Assembly (NCBI GenBank): GCA_050013475.1
Contig: JBEKFE010000009.1
Location: 60,383-124,382 of the forward strand
Length of the DNA: 64,000 nucleotides
Origin: Bacteroidales bacterium
GTDB lineage: Bacteria > Bacteroidota > Bacteroidia > Bacteroidales > VadinHA17
Reading direction: 5' to 3'
Part shown: in pieces, positions 37,899-47,302 of the stretch
Position numbering within the stretch: the first letter of the stretch is position 1
Layout: every line of letters starts with the position of its first letter
Position numbers and translations under genes: made by a program
The notes under the pieces: generated by a model
What the model was told of the DNA's origin: nothing
Database searches by the model: none
The model's input: the letters and a program-made list of their open reading frames with translations, nothing else

Positions 37899-37999
37899 TT
37901 TTTTTATATTCGCTTAATCATTCAGATCCAAGTTTGCATCAATCATGTAACTGCTCAGTCTTTATGACATCTGAATATTAACCAAAAATAATCTACAAG

Positions 38000-40186
38000 A
38001 TGAAATCAGAAAAAACTTCTCTTCGCATTATTTCCGCTGGATTGCTTATGCTCCTGGTATCCTTTTCCGCAATGGCTCAGTCCATTGAGGGCGACTGGTA
38101 CGGGAAAGCTGATGTTGGCGGCTTTGAACTCCGGATCAATGTTCATGTCAAAGCATCGGGCGATACATATACATCCACATGGGACAGCCCCGATCAGGGA
38201 GCCATGGGAATTCCATCAACCACAACAATCTTTAAATTTCCTGATTTTTCATTCTCTTTTGCGCAGGCAGGTTTTAAGTATGCAGGAAAAGTGAACCCGG
38301 CCTATACCGAAATATCAGGAAGACTTGAACAGAATGGGAAAATAATGGAAATAGTGTTCGGTAGAACTCCTATTGCCGCTCCCAAAGGGAGTCTTGCTGA
38401 ACTAAAACAAAAATACGACAAACAGGAGGTCTACATAACCATGCGTGACGGAGTAAAGCTGTTCACTTCGATTTATACTCCAAAGAACAGCACGGACCCC
38501 AGCCCGATACTCCTGAACCGTACACCTTATGATATTGAACCCGGAGGGCCTGACGGATTTAATTTCTTCCTGCATCTCTGGCAAAGATATACCGATGATA
38601 ATTATATTATTGTTTTTCAGGATGTACGCGGAAGATATATGAGTGAGGGTACTTTTGAGGATATAAGACCTGTCATTGCAGATAAAAAGAGTAACAATGA
38701 TACCGACGAATCAACCGATACATGGGATGCCGTTGACTGGCTGATAAAAAATGTAAAAGGTAACAACGGGAATGTCGGAATATTCGGTATCTCCTACCCC
38801 GGGTTTTATTCGACCATGGGAGCAATAAATGCCCATCCTGCTGTTAAGGCTGTCTCCCCCCAGGCCCCGGTAACAGCATGGTTCCTCGGTGATGATTTTC
38901 ACCATAACGGAGTTTTTTTTCAGCTTGACTGTTTCAGCTTTTATTACAGCAATGGCCATGTTTTCAAATCGCCCACCAGAAAAGGTTTCCCGCGCTTCAA
39001 ATACCCTACTCCGGATAATTATGACTTCTTCCTTTCAATGGGAGCTATTAAGAACATTTCGCCAAAATATCTGGGCGACAGTGTGAAATTCTGGAATGAT
39101 GCCTTTGCACATCCCGACTATGATGCGTTCTGGAAAGCAAGGGATCCGCGTCAGTATCTGGTAAATATAAAACCAGCTGTGATGACTGTCGGCGGATGGT
39201 TTGATGCAGAGGATCTTTATGGGGCGATCCATACCTATGAGGCCATTGAAAGGCAGAATCCGCAGACCGTCAAAAATACTTTTGTCATGGGCCCATGGTC
39301 GCACGGTCAGTGGGCAGACGTTGAGGCAAAGAACCTTGGCAATATTTACTGGGGACAGGATGCAAACAAGGATTTCCAGACCCTGGAAAAAAGCTTTTTT
39401 GATTACTATCTGAAAGGTACCGGAAACGGTAATTTCCCTGAGGCAACAATATTTGTTACAGGGGCCGATCAATGGAGATCATTTGAAACCTGGCCTCCCA
39501 GGAATATTGCACAGAAGAGTCTCTATCTGCAGGCTTCAGGAGGATTATCCTTCAGCTCCCCCTCTTTAAAGGAGAGCTTTGATGAATATGTATCAGACCC
39601 GATGAAACCAGTTCCCTATGCTCAGGAGGTTCATACAGAGAGAACAACTGAATATATGACAGATGATCAACGTTTTGCAGCAAGAAGGCCCGATGTCATG
39701 GTATATCAGACAGACGTTCTGAAAGATGATATTACTCTGACCGGTCCGCTTACCGCAGATCTCTTCGTTTCAACCACAGGTACGGATGCTGATTATGTTG
39801 TCAAGCTGATTGATGTTTTTCCTGGCGACACGAAGGCACCGGAAGGAGCAAATGTTAAGGTTCCGATGGGGGGTTACCAGATGCTTGTAAGAGGAGATAT
39901 ATTCAGGGGCAAGTATCGGGACAGCTTTGAAAAACCTGAGCCATTCGTACCCGGTAAGGTCACTGAGGTGAAATATGAACTTCCGGATGTGGCTCATACA
40001 TTCAAAAAAGGCCACAGGATAATGGTACAGGTACAGAATTCCTGGTTTCCTCTTGCCGACAGGAATCCTCAGAAATTTGTTAATATCTACAAATGTTCAG
40101 ATTCCGATTTCCAGAAGGCAACTCAGAGGATATACCACGATTCAAAATACCCTACAAGCATTAAAGTAGATGTGCTCCAGCAGTAA
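38000..40186 (+). CDS. S15-family peptidase (CocE/NonD hydrolase, Xaa-Pro dipeptidyl-peptidase-like) with N-terminal extra domain
   Basis: GISYPG nucleophile-serine motif and a C-terminal beta-sandwich domain. Signal peptide plus an extension of about 130 aa. Confidence 0.8.
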   Translation: MKSEKTSLRIISAGLLMLLVSFSAMAQSIEGDWYGKADVGGFELRINVHVKASGDTYTSTWDSPDQGAMGIPSTTTIFKFPDFSFSFAQAGFKYAGKVNPAYTEISGRLEQNGKIMEIVFGRTPIAAPKGSLAELKQKYDKQEVYITMRDGVKLFTSIYTPKNSTDPSPILLNRTPYDIEPGGPDGFNFFLHLWQRYTDDNYIIVFQDVRGRYMSEGTFEDIRPVIADKKSNNDTDESTDTWDAVDWLIKNVKGNNGNVGIFGISYPGFYSTMGAINAHPAVKAVSPQAPVTAWFLGDDFHHNGVFFQLDCFSFYYSNGHVFKSPTRKGFPRFKYPTPDNYDFFLSMGAIKNISPKYLGDSVKFWNDAFAHPDYDAFWKARDPRQYLVNIKPAVMTVGGWFDAEDLYGAIHTYEAIERQNPQTVKNTFVMGPWSHGQWADVEAKNLGNIYWGQDANKDFQTLEKSFFDYYLKGTGNGNFPEATIFVTGADQWRSFETWPPRNIAQKSLYLQASGGLSFSSPSLKESFDEYVSDPMKPVPYAQEVHTERTTEYMTDDQRFAARRPDVMVYQTDVLKDDITLTGPLTADLFVSTTGTDADYVVKLIDVFPGDTKAPEGANVKVPMGGYQMLVRGDIFRGKYRDSFEKPEPFVPGKVTEVKYELPDVAHTFKKGHRIMVQVQNSWFPLADRNPQKFVNIYKCSDSDFQKATQRIYHDSKYPTSIKVDVLQQ

Positions 40187-40199
40187 GGAATCTAAAGTA

Positions 40200-41144
40200 A
40201 TGTTTTTTTTGACTGCGGAGATAGTTAAAAAAATTCCCCTGGCTACCCGACCCGGCTTTTTGTCACTTTTGTTTATGCTGGTCTCCCTCATTCCTTTAAC
40301 TGCCCAGAAACCTTTGAACCTCCCTGTCACGGACAGTGGAGCTGTCCTGGAGAAGATTGCCGGTGGTTTTTCTTTTACTGAAGGACCGTCTCCCGACATG
40401 GAGGGTAATGTATATTTTACCGATCAGCCCAACGACCGAATAATAAAGTGGAGCATTTCAGGGAAGCTGTCAACCTTCATGCAGCCCAGCGGAAGATCAA
40501 ACGGGATGTTCACCGATAAGGATGGCTTCCTCTGGTCGTGTGCCGATGAAAAGAATGAGCTCTGGAAAATTAGTCCCGATAAAAAAGTAGAGATCATAAC
40601 CGGTAAATTTGACGGAAAGCCATTCAACGGACCAAACGACGTGTGGGTGGCACCCTGTGGAAATGTTTATATTACAGACCCTTTTTACCAGAGGTCATGG
40701 TGGAACCATAAAGAGATGCCTCAGGAAAAGGAAAGAGTGTACCTTCTTTCCGCGGATCACAGATCGTTGAGGATTGTCATCGACGATCTGAAAAAACCAA
40801 ACGGGATCGTTGGCACTCCCGACGGGAAATACCTGTACGTTGCAGATATAGAGGGGAATCTGACATGGAAGTACCACATAAACAGTGATGGTACACTTTC
40901 AGGCAAAACGTTGTTCTGTGAGCTTGGCTCGGATGGAATGACCATGGACGAAAAAGGAAATCTATATCTGACAGGCAACGGGGTCACCATTTTCGACAAT
41001 GACGGCACCAAGATCGGGAACATCCCGGTTCCGGAGAAATGGACAGCCAATGTCTGCTTTGGAGGAGCGGACCATAAAAGTCTCTTTATAACAGCAACAA
41101 CAGGCCTTTATAGGGTAAGAATGAAATTTAGAGGGGCATTCTGA
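40200..41144 (+). CDS. SMP-30/gluconolactonase/LRE-family beta-propeller protein
   Basis: FTEGPS..., NGPNDV, and PNGI....DGK.LYVAD motifs. Signal peptide. Start at the ATG at 40200. Confidence 0.8.
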   Translation: MFFLTAEIVKKIPLATRPGFLSLLFMLVSLIPLTAQKPLNLPVTDSGAVLEKIAGGFSFTEGPSPDMEGNVYFTDQPNDRIIKWSISGKLSTFMQPSGRSNGMFTDKDGFLWSCADEKNELWKISPDKKVEIITGKFDGKPFNGPNDVWVAPCGNVYITDPFYQRSWWNHKEMPQEKERVYLLSADHRSLRIVIDDLKKPNGIVGTPDGKYLYVADIEGNLTWKYHINSDGTLSGKTLFCELGSDGMTMDEKGNLYLTGNGVTIFDNDGTKIGNIPVPEKWTANVCFGGADHKSLFITATTGLYRVRMKFRGAF

Positions 41145-41148
41145 AAAT

Positions 41149-41182
41149 GGGTGCTGGGTGCTTGGTGCTCGGTCTTTTTTTT
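41149..41182. repeat. Heptad tandem repeat GGTGCT(G/T/C) x3, followed by T8
   Basis: Read directly. It starts 5 nt after the SMP-30 gene stop. Confidence 0.7.
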
Positions 41183-41409
41183 GCCCCCGGTCATCAATTC
41201 TTCCTTTACCAATGATCCGATTTTACAGGCAGGATGAGGGTTGCAGAACATTTATTTTTGTGAATATCTTTTTATTTATTAACAATTCTTATAAGATATG
41301 CTGTTTTGCATTCCGGACGAATCAAAATTTTTCTATTATTGTGCCTTGTTGCCCAGTTATAAGACCTCAACCTATGGAATATATTACAGGAAGCTTGATT
41401 TTAAAGGAA

Positions 41410-41607
41410 ATGGAAGGAACCCGCAGAGAAGATATTAAACCAGGTGCTGCCGTGATGGTGGAACTGACAGAGGATAAAAGAACAGGAAAGCTGACAGGAG
41501 GGCGTGTGTTGGAAATACTTACCAGCGCTCCAATTCATCCTCATGGAATAAAGGTTAAGCTTGATAACGGACTCATTGGCCGTGTAAAGCAAATTATAAC
41601 CATCTGA
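41410..41607 (+). CDS. YwbE-family small protein (DUF2196)
   Basis: The 65-aa product has ...IKPG..V.......KRTGKLT.G.V..ILTS...HPHGIKV.L..G..GRV. The upstream part of ORF 41158 looks non-coding. Confidence 0.7.
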   Translation: MEGTRREDIKPGAAVMVELTEDKRTGKLTGGRVLEILTSAPIHPHGIKVKLDNGLIGRVKQIITI

Positions 41608-41664
41608 CCTGTTCAGTCAGGACATTAAGACTGCTCTGATTTTCCCTTGTTGGAATTTTTTACC

Positions 41665-41672
41665 TAATTTTG
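41665..41672 (+). promoter_or_regulatory. Candidate -7 promoter box (TAATTTTG)
   Basis: Matches TAnnTTTG, 42 nt upstream of pfk. Confidence 0.4.
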
Positions 41673-41713
41673 AACGTATGATGCATAAGTGTCTTACGTT
41701 TAAATCATAATAA

Positions 41714-43036
41714 ATGGACCATTCAGATCTGCAGGTAAAATCCCTTGGTGTAGCAAAAATAAAATCACCTCTGACTCAGGCTGTAAGAAACTATAGCCCA
41801 CTTTACAAATTTATAGAGGACACCGAGCGGATACTTTATGATATCTCACTAGATAATTATACATCATGCATGAACTCCGGCCAGCAGCCGCTTTCAATTG
41901 AAAAGGCCGGTCCCAGGGAAAATATCTTTTTCGAACCTGCCAAAACCAAAGTAGGTATCATTACTTGCGGCGGATTATGCCCGGGGCTTAACAATGTGAT
42001 AAGAAGTATTGTTAATGAGTTATTTTACAGGTATGGTGTCGGACGGATTCTTGGTTTTAAATATGGATATGAGGGGCTTGTATCAAAATATAATCATCCG
42101 GTAATTGAACTTACCCCTCAGCTTGTTGCCAATCTTCACCTTATCGGAGGAAGTATACTGGGTTCATCACGCGGACAACAGGATGTTGCAAGTATGGTAG
42201 ATACACTTGAAGTAATGAATATCAACATTCTGTTCTGCATCGGTGGTGACGGAACCCTAAGGGGAGCTCATGCAATTCATGAGGAGATCGTTAAGAGAAA
42301 CCTGAAAATTGCCGTCGCCGGAATACCCAAAACTATCGATAATGATATTGACCTGATAGAGAAATCTTTTGGCTTCGAGACAGCCTATTCCATTGCCAAC
42401 GATATAATTAGAAATGCACATAACGAGGCAGCAGGCGCCTATAATGGCATTGCCCTTGTAAAGCTCATGGGAAGGGATTCGGGCTTTATTGCAGCCCATT
42501 CCGCTCTATCGATCCAGGAGGTCAACTTTGTGCTGATACCTGAAATCAATTTTGATCTATATGGTCAGAGGGGGTTCCTGAAGATCCTGAGGCAAAGACT
42601 GGAGGAGAGGCATCATGCAGTTGTGGTAGTTGCCGAGGGTGCGGGACAGGATCTTTTTGACAAATCCGATGTTGAAAAGGATGCATCAGGAAACATCAAA
42701 CCAAAGGATATTGGCGTTTTCCTGAAGGAGAGGATATCTGAAGAATTTACTGATAAGAATTTTCCCTTTGCAATAAGATATATCGACCCGAGCTATATCA
42801 TCAGGAGCGCACCCGCAAATCCGAATGACAGTAAATTCTGCAGCCTTCTTGCAATGAATACAGTCCATGCTGCCATGGCAGGGAAAACTGATTTTGTGAC
42901 AGGTAACTGGAATAGTCTCTTTACTTTGTTACCCATCCCCATTGCCACTGCACATCGCAAAAAGATAGACATAAACGGAGAGCTGTGGTGGAATGTTCTT
43001 GAAGCCACAGGTCAGCCCACAAGTATGAAGAACTGA
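41714..43036 (+). CDS. pfkA: 6-phosphofructokinase, long PfkA-family form (phosphoryl donor unresolved)
   Basis: GGLCPGLNNVIR, GGDGT, PKTIDND and MGR motifs. Confidence 0.85.
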   Translation: MDHSDLQVKSLGVAKIKSPLTQAVRNYSPLYKFIEDTERILYDISLDNYTSCMNSGQQPLSIEKAGPRENIFFEPAKTKVGIITCGGLCPGLNNVIRSIVNELFYRYGVGRILGFKYGYEGLVSKYNHPVIELTPQLVANLHLIGGSILGSSRGQQDVASMVDTLEVMNINILFCIGGDGTLRGAHAIHEEIVKRNLKIAVAGIPKTIDNDIDLIEKSFGFETAYSIANDIIRNAHNEAAGAYNGIALVKLMGRDSGFIAAHSALSIQEVNFVLIPEINFDLYGQRGFLKILRQRLEERHHAVVVVAEGAGQDLFDKSDVEKDASGNIKPKDIGVFLKERISEEFTDKNFPFAIRYIDPSYIIRSAPANPNDSKFCSLLAMNTVHAAMAGKTDFVTGNWNSLFTLLPIPIATAHRKKIDINGELWWNVLEATGQPTSMKN

Positions 43037-43650
43037 TGATCAGGAATATAATTTTTGACCTCGGCAATGTCCTGATCAGCTGGAAGCCGGAGGAATACCT
43101 CATAAGGAATGGCTACCAAGAGGCAGCAAGGGAGACAATTCTCAGGGATGTTTTCAAAAGTCCCGAATGGCTTGCCCTGGACAATGGTGACATGAGCCTC
43201 GATGAAGCTGTGAAAAGGATCGCGTTATCCTCAACGCTTAAAATACCTGAAATTTACTCTGTATTCGATTTAAGGATAAAGATACTCCATCCCATTAAGG
43301 AGAATACAAAAATGGTTCCTGCGCTAAAAGAAAGGGGTTTCAGGCTATATTATCTCTCCAACTTCCCTGAGGATATTTTTGATGAGGTTGAATCCAGATA
43401 TGATTTCTTCAGATACTTCGACGGCGGATTGATTTCAGCAAGGGCCAAAGCATCAAAACCGGATGAAAAGATCTACAGGATTCTGATCGACCGTTATTCA
43501 CTTATCCCGGGTGAAAGTCTTTTCATCGACGACTCTCATGCAAATGCCCTTTCGGCAGAGATGCTTGGAATTTCTGTCATCCACCTTTCAGAACCTTCAA
43601 CACTGAAGGAAAAACTTGAGGATCTTCTGGGAATTGCCATCCCGGTCTAA
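43036..43650 (+). CDS. HAD-superfamily hydrolase (subfamily IA-like)
   Basis: N-terminal IIFDLGNVL (DxG/DxD-type motif) and C-terminal FIDDS. The start overlaps the pfk stop (ATGA). Confidence 0.75.
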   Translation: MIRNIIFDLGNVLISWKPEEYLIRNGYQEAARETILRDVFKSPEWLALDNGDMSLDEAVKRIALSSTLKIPEIYSVFDLRIKILHPIKENTKMVPALKERGFRLYYLSNFPEDIFDEVESRYDFFRYFDGGLISARAKASKPDEKIYRILIDRYSLIPGESLFIDDSHANALSAEMLGISVIHLSEPSTLKEKLEDLLGIAIPV

Positions 43651-43801
43651 ATTCATGGAAATTTTATTGCTTAGAAGAGGTTTTTTCACGGTCGATGGGT
43701 ACTGCTCCTGGAAATATCTGATTCTCGGGGACTTAAAATTCAAATATTTATGGCTTAATTATCTGTCTATCTGATATTTAGAGTGCATTTGCTTGATGTC
43801 G

Positions 43802-43817
43802 TGTTCCACGTGAAACC
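43802..43817. other. parS-like centromere site TGTTCCACGTGAAACC
   Basis: 15/16 match to the canonical parS TGTTNCACGTGAAACA. It lies 4 nt beyond the uvrC stop codon. Confidence 0.7.
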
Positions 43818-43821
43818 AGCC

Positions 43822-45609
43822 TCAATCGCTGAAGAAAGCAATGAGAAGCTCTGCTTTTTTCACTCCAACCAGCTTTTTGAGACTCTCCTTCGATGCTTGT
43901 CTGATATCCTCAACAGAGTCAAATTTTTTAAGCAGTATCTCCTTTGTAGAAGGTCCTATTCCTTTAATCTGATCCAGGATCGACTTTGTCATCTCCGAAG
44001 ATCTTTTATCGCGATGAAAATTTATTCCAAAGCGGTGTGCTTCATTCCTTATCTGTTGTATCAGCTTCAGGCTGTAAGATTTTTTATCAAGATATATCGG
44101 AACTGAATCGCCTGGAAAATAAATTTCTTCCAGTTTCTTTGCTATTCCTATTACAGTTATCTTTTCTCTCAGACTGAGGGCATCTATGCTCTTCATCGCT
44201 GATGATAATTGTCCTTTCCCGCCGTCGATTATAACCAGCTGGGGAAGCGATTGCTTTTCTTCTTTCAGCCGTGAATATCTCCTGAGCACGATCTCTTCCA
44301 TTGATGAAAAATCATCCGGTCCTGAAACAGATTTAATGTTAAAGTGCCTGTAGTCTTTCTTTGAAGGCTGCCCGTTCCGGAAGACCACGCAGGAAGCCAC
44401 CGGACTGCTCCCCATGATGTTGGAATTGTCAAAGCATTCAATATGTACCGGCATTGCCGGCATATGCAGATCATTCTTCAGCTTCTCAAGGTTTCGACCT
44501 GTGCGCGCTTCAGGTGTTTTAACAGAATTCTTTTTCTTCTGCTCAAGCTTATAGTAAAGTGCATTTCTCAGCGACAGATCCAGAAGTTTTCGCTTATCTC
44601 CTATCTCCGGAATTGTACACTTCACCTTTTCAGGAAGAATGTCCGGCCTGAAAGGAACTATTATTTCGCTGGCATCACTTCCCAGTCTCTGTCTTATTTC
44701 AGCGATCCCCATACTTAGCAGGGCCTCCTTTTCCTCATCAATCCTGCTTCTCAGTTCCAGAGTAAATGCCTGGATAATTGCACCGTGTGAAACTTTCATG
44801 AAGTTCACATAAGCTATACCCTGGTCTTCAGCATATCCGAAAACATCCACATTTTTTATTGTGCTGCTGACAATAGTTGATTTGCTCCTGTATCTTGAAA
44901 GCAGATCTATCTTTTCCTTTATTGCCTGCGCTTCCTCAAATTGCAATTCGCCAGACAGTCTTATCATTACTTCCTTCAGGTGGTCAATCACAGAAGAGAT
45001 ATTCCCTTTCAGGATATTTATTATCTGTCTGATATTCTCACCGTAATCTTCCTCGGTTTGTCTGCCGATGCATGGCGCCCTGCAGTTTCCAATCTGGAAT
45101 TCAAGGCATACTTTCAGATTCCCTGAACTTATATTTTCCTCCGTAAGTCGGTAGTTGCATGTTCTGAGCTGAAACAGCTGACGTATGAGTGTTATGAGTG
45201 TTTTTACCATCAGTGCCGAAGTGTACGGTCCGAAATATATCGAACCATCGGGTATTACATTCCTTGTGCTGAAAACTCTTGGAAATAATTCATTTTTAAT
45301 GCAGATCCATGGAAATGTTTTGTCGTCTTTTAAAAGTATATTGTACCTGGGCTGATGCTTTTTAATAAGGTTGTTCTCCAGGAGCAGGGCATCTGACTCA
45401 CTGTCGACCACAATATGCCTGATGTCGCGCGTTCTTTTAAGAAGAGCCTGTGTTTTGCCTGTCTGGTTTTTTGAGAAATATGATGCTACCCTTTTTCTGA
45501 GGTTTGAAGCCTTTCCAACATATATGATCGTACCTGATATATCAATGAACTGGTAAACTCCCGGTTCTTGTGGAAGTGACGAAATAGTTGATTTATAATC
45601 ATGTATCAT
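43822..45609 (-). CDS. uvrC: Excinuclease ABC subunit C
   Basis: GIY-YIG N-terminus (GVYQF...IIYVGKASNLRKRV), UVR domain, and C-terminal HhH. Confidence 0.95.
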   Translation of the reverse strand: MIHDYKSTISSLPQEPGVYQFIDISGTIIYVGKASNLRKRVASYFSKNQTGKTQALLKRTRDIRHIVVDSESDALLLENNLIKKHQPRYNILLKDDKTFPWICIKNELFPRVFSTRNVIPDGSIYFGPYTSALMVKTLITLIRQLFQLRTCNYRLTEENISSGNLKVCLEFQIGNCRAPCIGRQTEEDYGENIRQIINILKGNISSVIDHLKEVMIRLSGELQFEEAQAIKEKIDLLSRYRSKSTIVSSTIKNVDVFGYAEDQGIAYVNFMKVSHGAIIQAFTLELRSRIDEEKEALLSMGIAEIRQRLGSDASEIIVPFRPDILPEKVKCTIPEIGDKRKLLDLSLRNALYYKLEQKKKNSVKTPEARTGRNLEKLKNDLHMPAMPVHIECFDNSNIMGSSPVASCVVFRNGQPSKKDYRHFNIKSVSGPDDFSSMEEIVLRRYSRLKEEKQSLPQLVIIDGGKGQLSSAMKSIDALSLREKITVIGIAKKLEEIYFPGDSVPIYLDKKSYSLKLIQQIRNEAHRFGINFHRDKRSSEMTKSILDQIKGIGPSTKEILLKKFDSVEDIRQASKESLKKLVGVKKAELLIAFFSD

Positions 45610-45647
45610 TTAATATCTAGTTGTGTACCTGCAACTCAGAATTATCT

Positions 45648-47267
45648 TTAATCTTCGAACAGGTTCGTAAATTCAAATTTTTTGCCGTCGAAAAGACCCC
45701 TGTCGCTGATCTTCAGTTCGGGTATCACCAGCAAAGCCATGAAAGAGAGTGTCATAAATGGTGCTGCAATCCTGCAACCTGAGGCTGATACTATCCTCGT
45801 CAGTTTCTCATAAGCATCAGCAACGTTGTCACACGAATCATCCGACATTATACCACCGATATTTAACCGTAAAGAGCTGACTTTTCCCTCCGAACAGACA
45901 GCAAGCCCTCCCTTAAGGCGTGTAATTTCATTGATACATTCAGTTATTGATTTATCATCTGTACCGACACATATAATATTATGGCTGTCATGAGCTACTG
46001 AACTGCCAAATGCACCATTTCTCAGACCAAACCCGTTAATAAATGCTACCGATGGTGACTGGTCATTATATCTCTCTTTTACGACAATTTTAAGAATATC
46101 ATTTTTTGTGTCAGATGTTATAAACTCTGAATTTCCGGAGGAGGTAAAAAATGATCCTGTCAGCAGCTCCCCGTCTGAAGCCTTTATTACCCTGATCCTT
46201 TGTCCTGACCTCCTTACCTTAATATCCTTTTCCTCAATTTCTGAAGAGTTGAACTTATTGATCGGTTCGCCTTTTAAATAATCGAAAAATATCTTCCCTT
46301 CACTGTAGATCTTCTTACCCCTTATCCATGTTTCCAGGATATTCATTTTACCTGGATCGTCTACAACAATAAAATCCGCTGAATCTCCGCTGCGAAGAAG
46401 TCCAGCTTCCAAACCATAATGCATTACCGGATTAAATGTGCATGATCTTATCACATTAAATGTATCATATCCTTCATTTATCAGTCTTGATACAAGCTTA
46501 TTAATATGTCTTTTCTGAAGCATTTCCGGATGTATATCATCGCTACATAGCATTACCTTTTCCGGGTACATTTTAAACAGATCCTTAAGTGATTCAAGAT
46601 TCTTTGCGGCGCTACCCTCCCTGATCAGGATCTTCATTCCAAGAGTAATCTTTTCAAGGGCTTCATCCATCGTACTGCATTCGTGATCAGTAGAAATTCC
46701 TGAACCAATATATTTCGTAAGCTGCATTCCCGTAAGTCCCGGAGCATGGCCATCAATTGGTTTTCCTAATGATCTGGCTACCTCGATCTTATCTATTACC
46801 TTTTCATCACCAGAAATTACCCCAGGAAAATTCATCATTTCTGATAAGTATTTAATTTCTTTTCTTTCCAGCAGAATTCTTATTTCTTCTATTCCTATCA
46901 GTGCCCCATTCGTTTCAAAATTTGTAGCCGGTACGCACGAAGGCGCCCCGTACCAAAAATATAAAGGAACCTTTTTGGAATCATTTATCATAAAGTCTAT
47001 ACCATTCATGCCCATCACATTTGCGATCTCATGCGGATCAGAAACAACACCAATAGTACCATGCCTTGCCGCCATCATCGCAAAAGCTCCCGGGGTAACC
47101 ATGGAACTTTCAATATGTACATGAGCATCAATCAACCCGGGTAATAGGTAAACATCAGGTGATGACTTGCATCGCTTAATTGATTTGATCCCCTTTTCTG
47201 AAAAATCGATCTCGGCCCTATATATCTCTGATAAATGAATATCTAGGAGCCTTCCTTTAATTTTCAT
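45648..47267 (-). CDS. ade: Adenine deaminase
   Basis: LLPGLIDAHVHIESS amidohydrolase motif, about 540 aa. Start at MKIKG. The upstream 12 codons of the ORF track translate the parS palindrome. Confidence 0.9.
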   Translation of the reverse strand: MKIKGRLLDIHLSEIYRAEIDFSEKGIKSIKRCKSSPDVYLLPGLIDAHVHIESSMVTPGAFAMMAARHGTIGVVSDPHEIANVMGMNGIDFMINDSKKVPLYFWYGAPSCVPATNFETNGALIGIEEIRILLERKEIKYLSEMMNFPGVISGDEKVIDKIEVARSLGKPIDGHAPGLTGMQLTKYIGSGISTDHECSTMDEALEKITLGMKILIREGSAAKNLESLKDLFKMYPEKVMLCSDDIHPEMLQKRHINKLVSRLINEGYDTFNVIRSCTFNPVMHYGLEAGLLRSGDSADFIVVDDPGKMNILETWIRGKKIYSEGKIFFDYLKGEPINKFNSSEIEEKDIKVRRSGQRIRVIKASDGELLTGSFFTSSGNSEFITSDTKNDILKIVVKERYNDQSPSVAFINGFGLRNGAFGSSVAHDSHNIICVGTDDKSITECINEITRLKGGLAVCSEGKVSSLRLNIGGIMSDDSCDNVADAYEKLTRIVSASGCRIAAPFMTLSFMALLVIPELKISDRGLFDGKKFEFTNLFED

Positions 47268-47286
47268 ATATTTATTTTCAAAAAAA

Positions 47287-47302
47287 TGTTCCACGTGGAA
47301 CA
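47287..47302. other. parS-like centromere site TGTTCCACGTGGAACA (perfect palindrome)
   Basis: Fits tGTTnCACGTGnAACa at every specified position. It lies in the 35-nt gap between the mnmG stop and the ade start. Confidence 0.75.

Noticed and set aside
41158-41409. The 149-aa ORF 41158..41607 as a single gene.
   Set aside because: Only the last 65 aa resemble the YwbE/DUF2196 family. The upstream 84 codons cover the heptad repeat, the T8 run and AT-rich promoter-like DNA.
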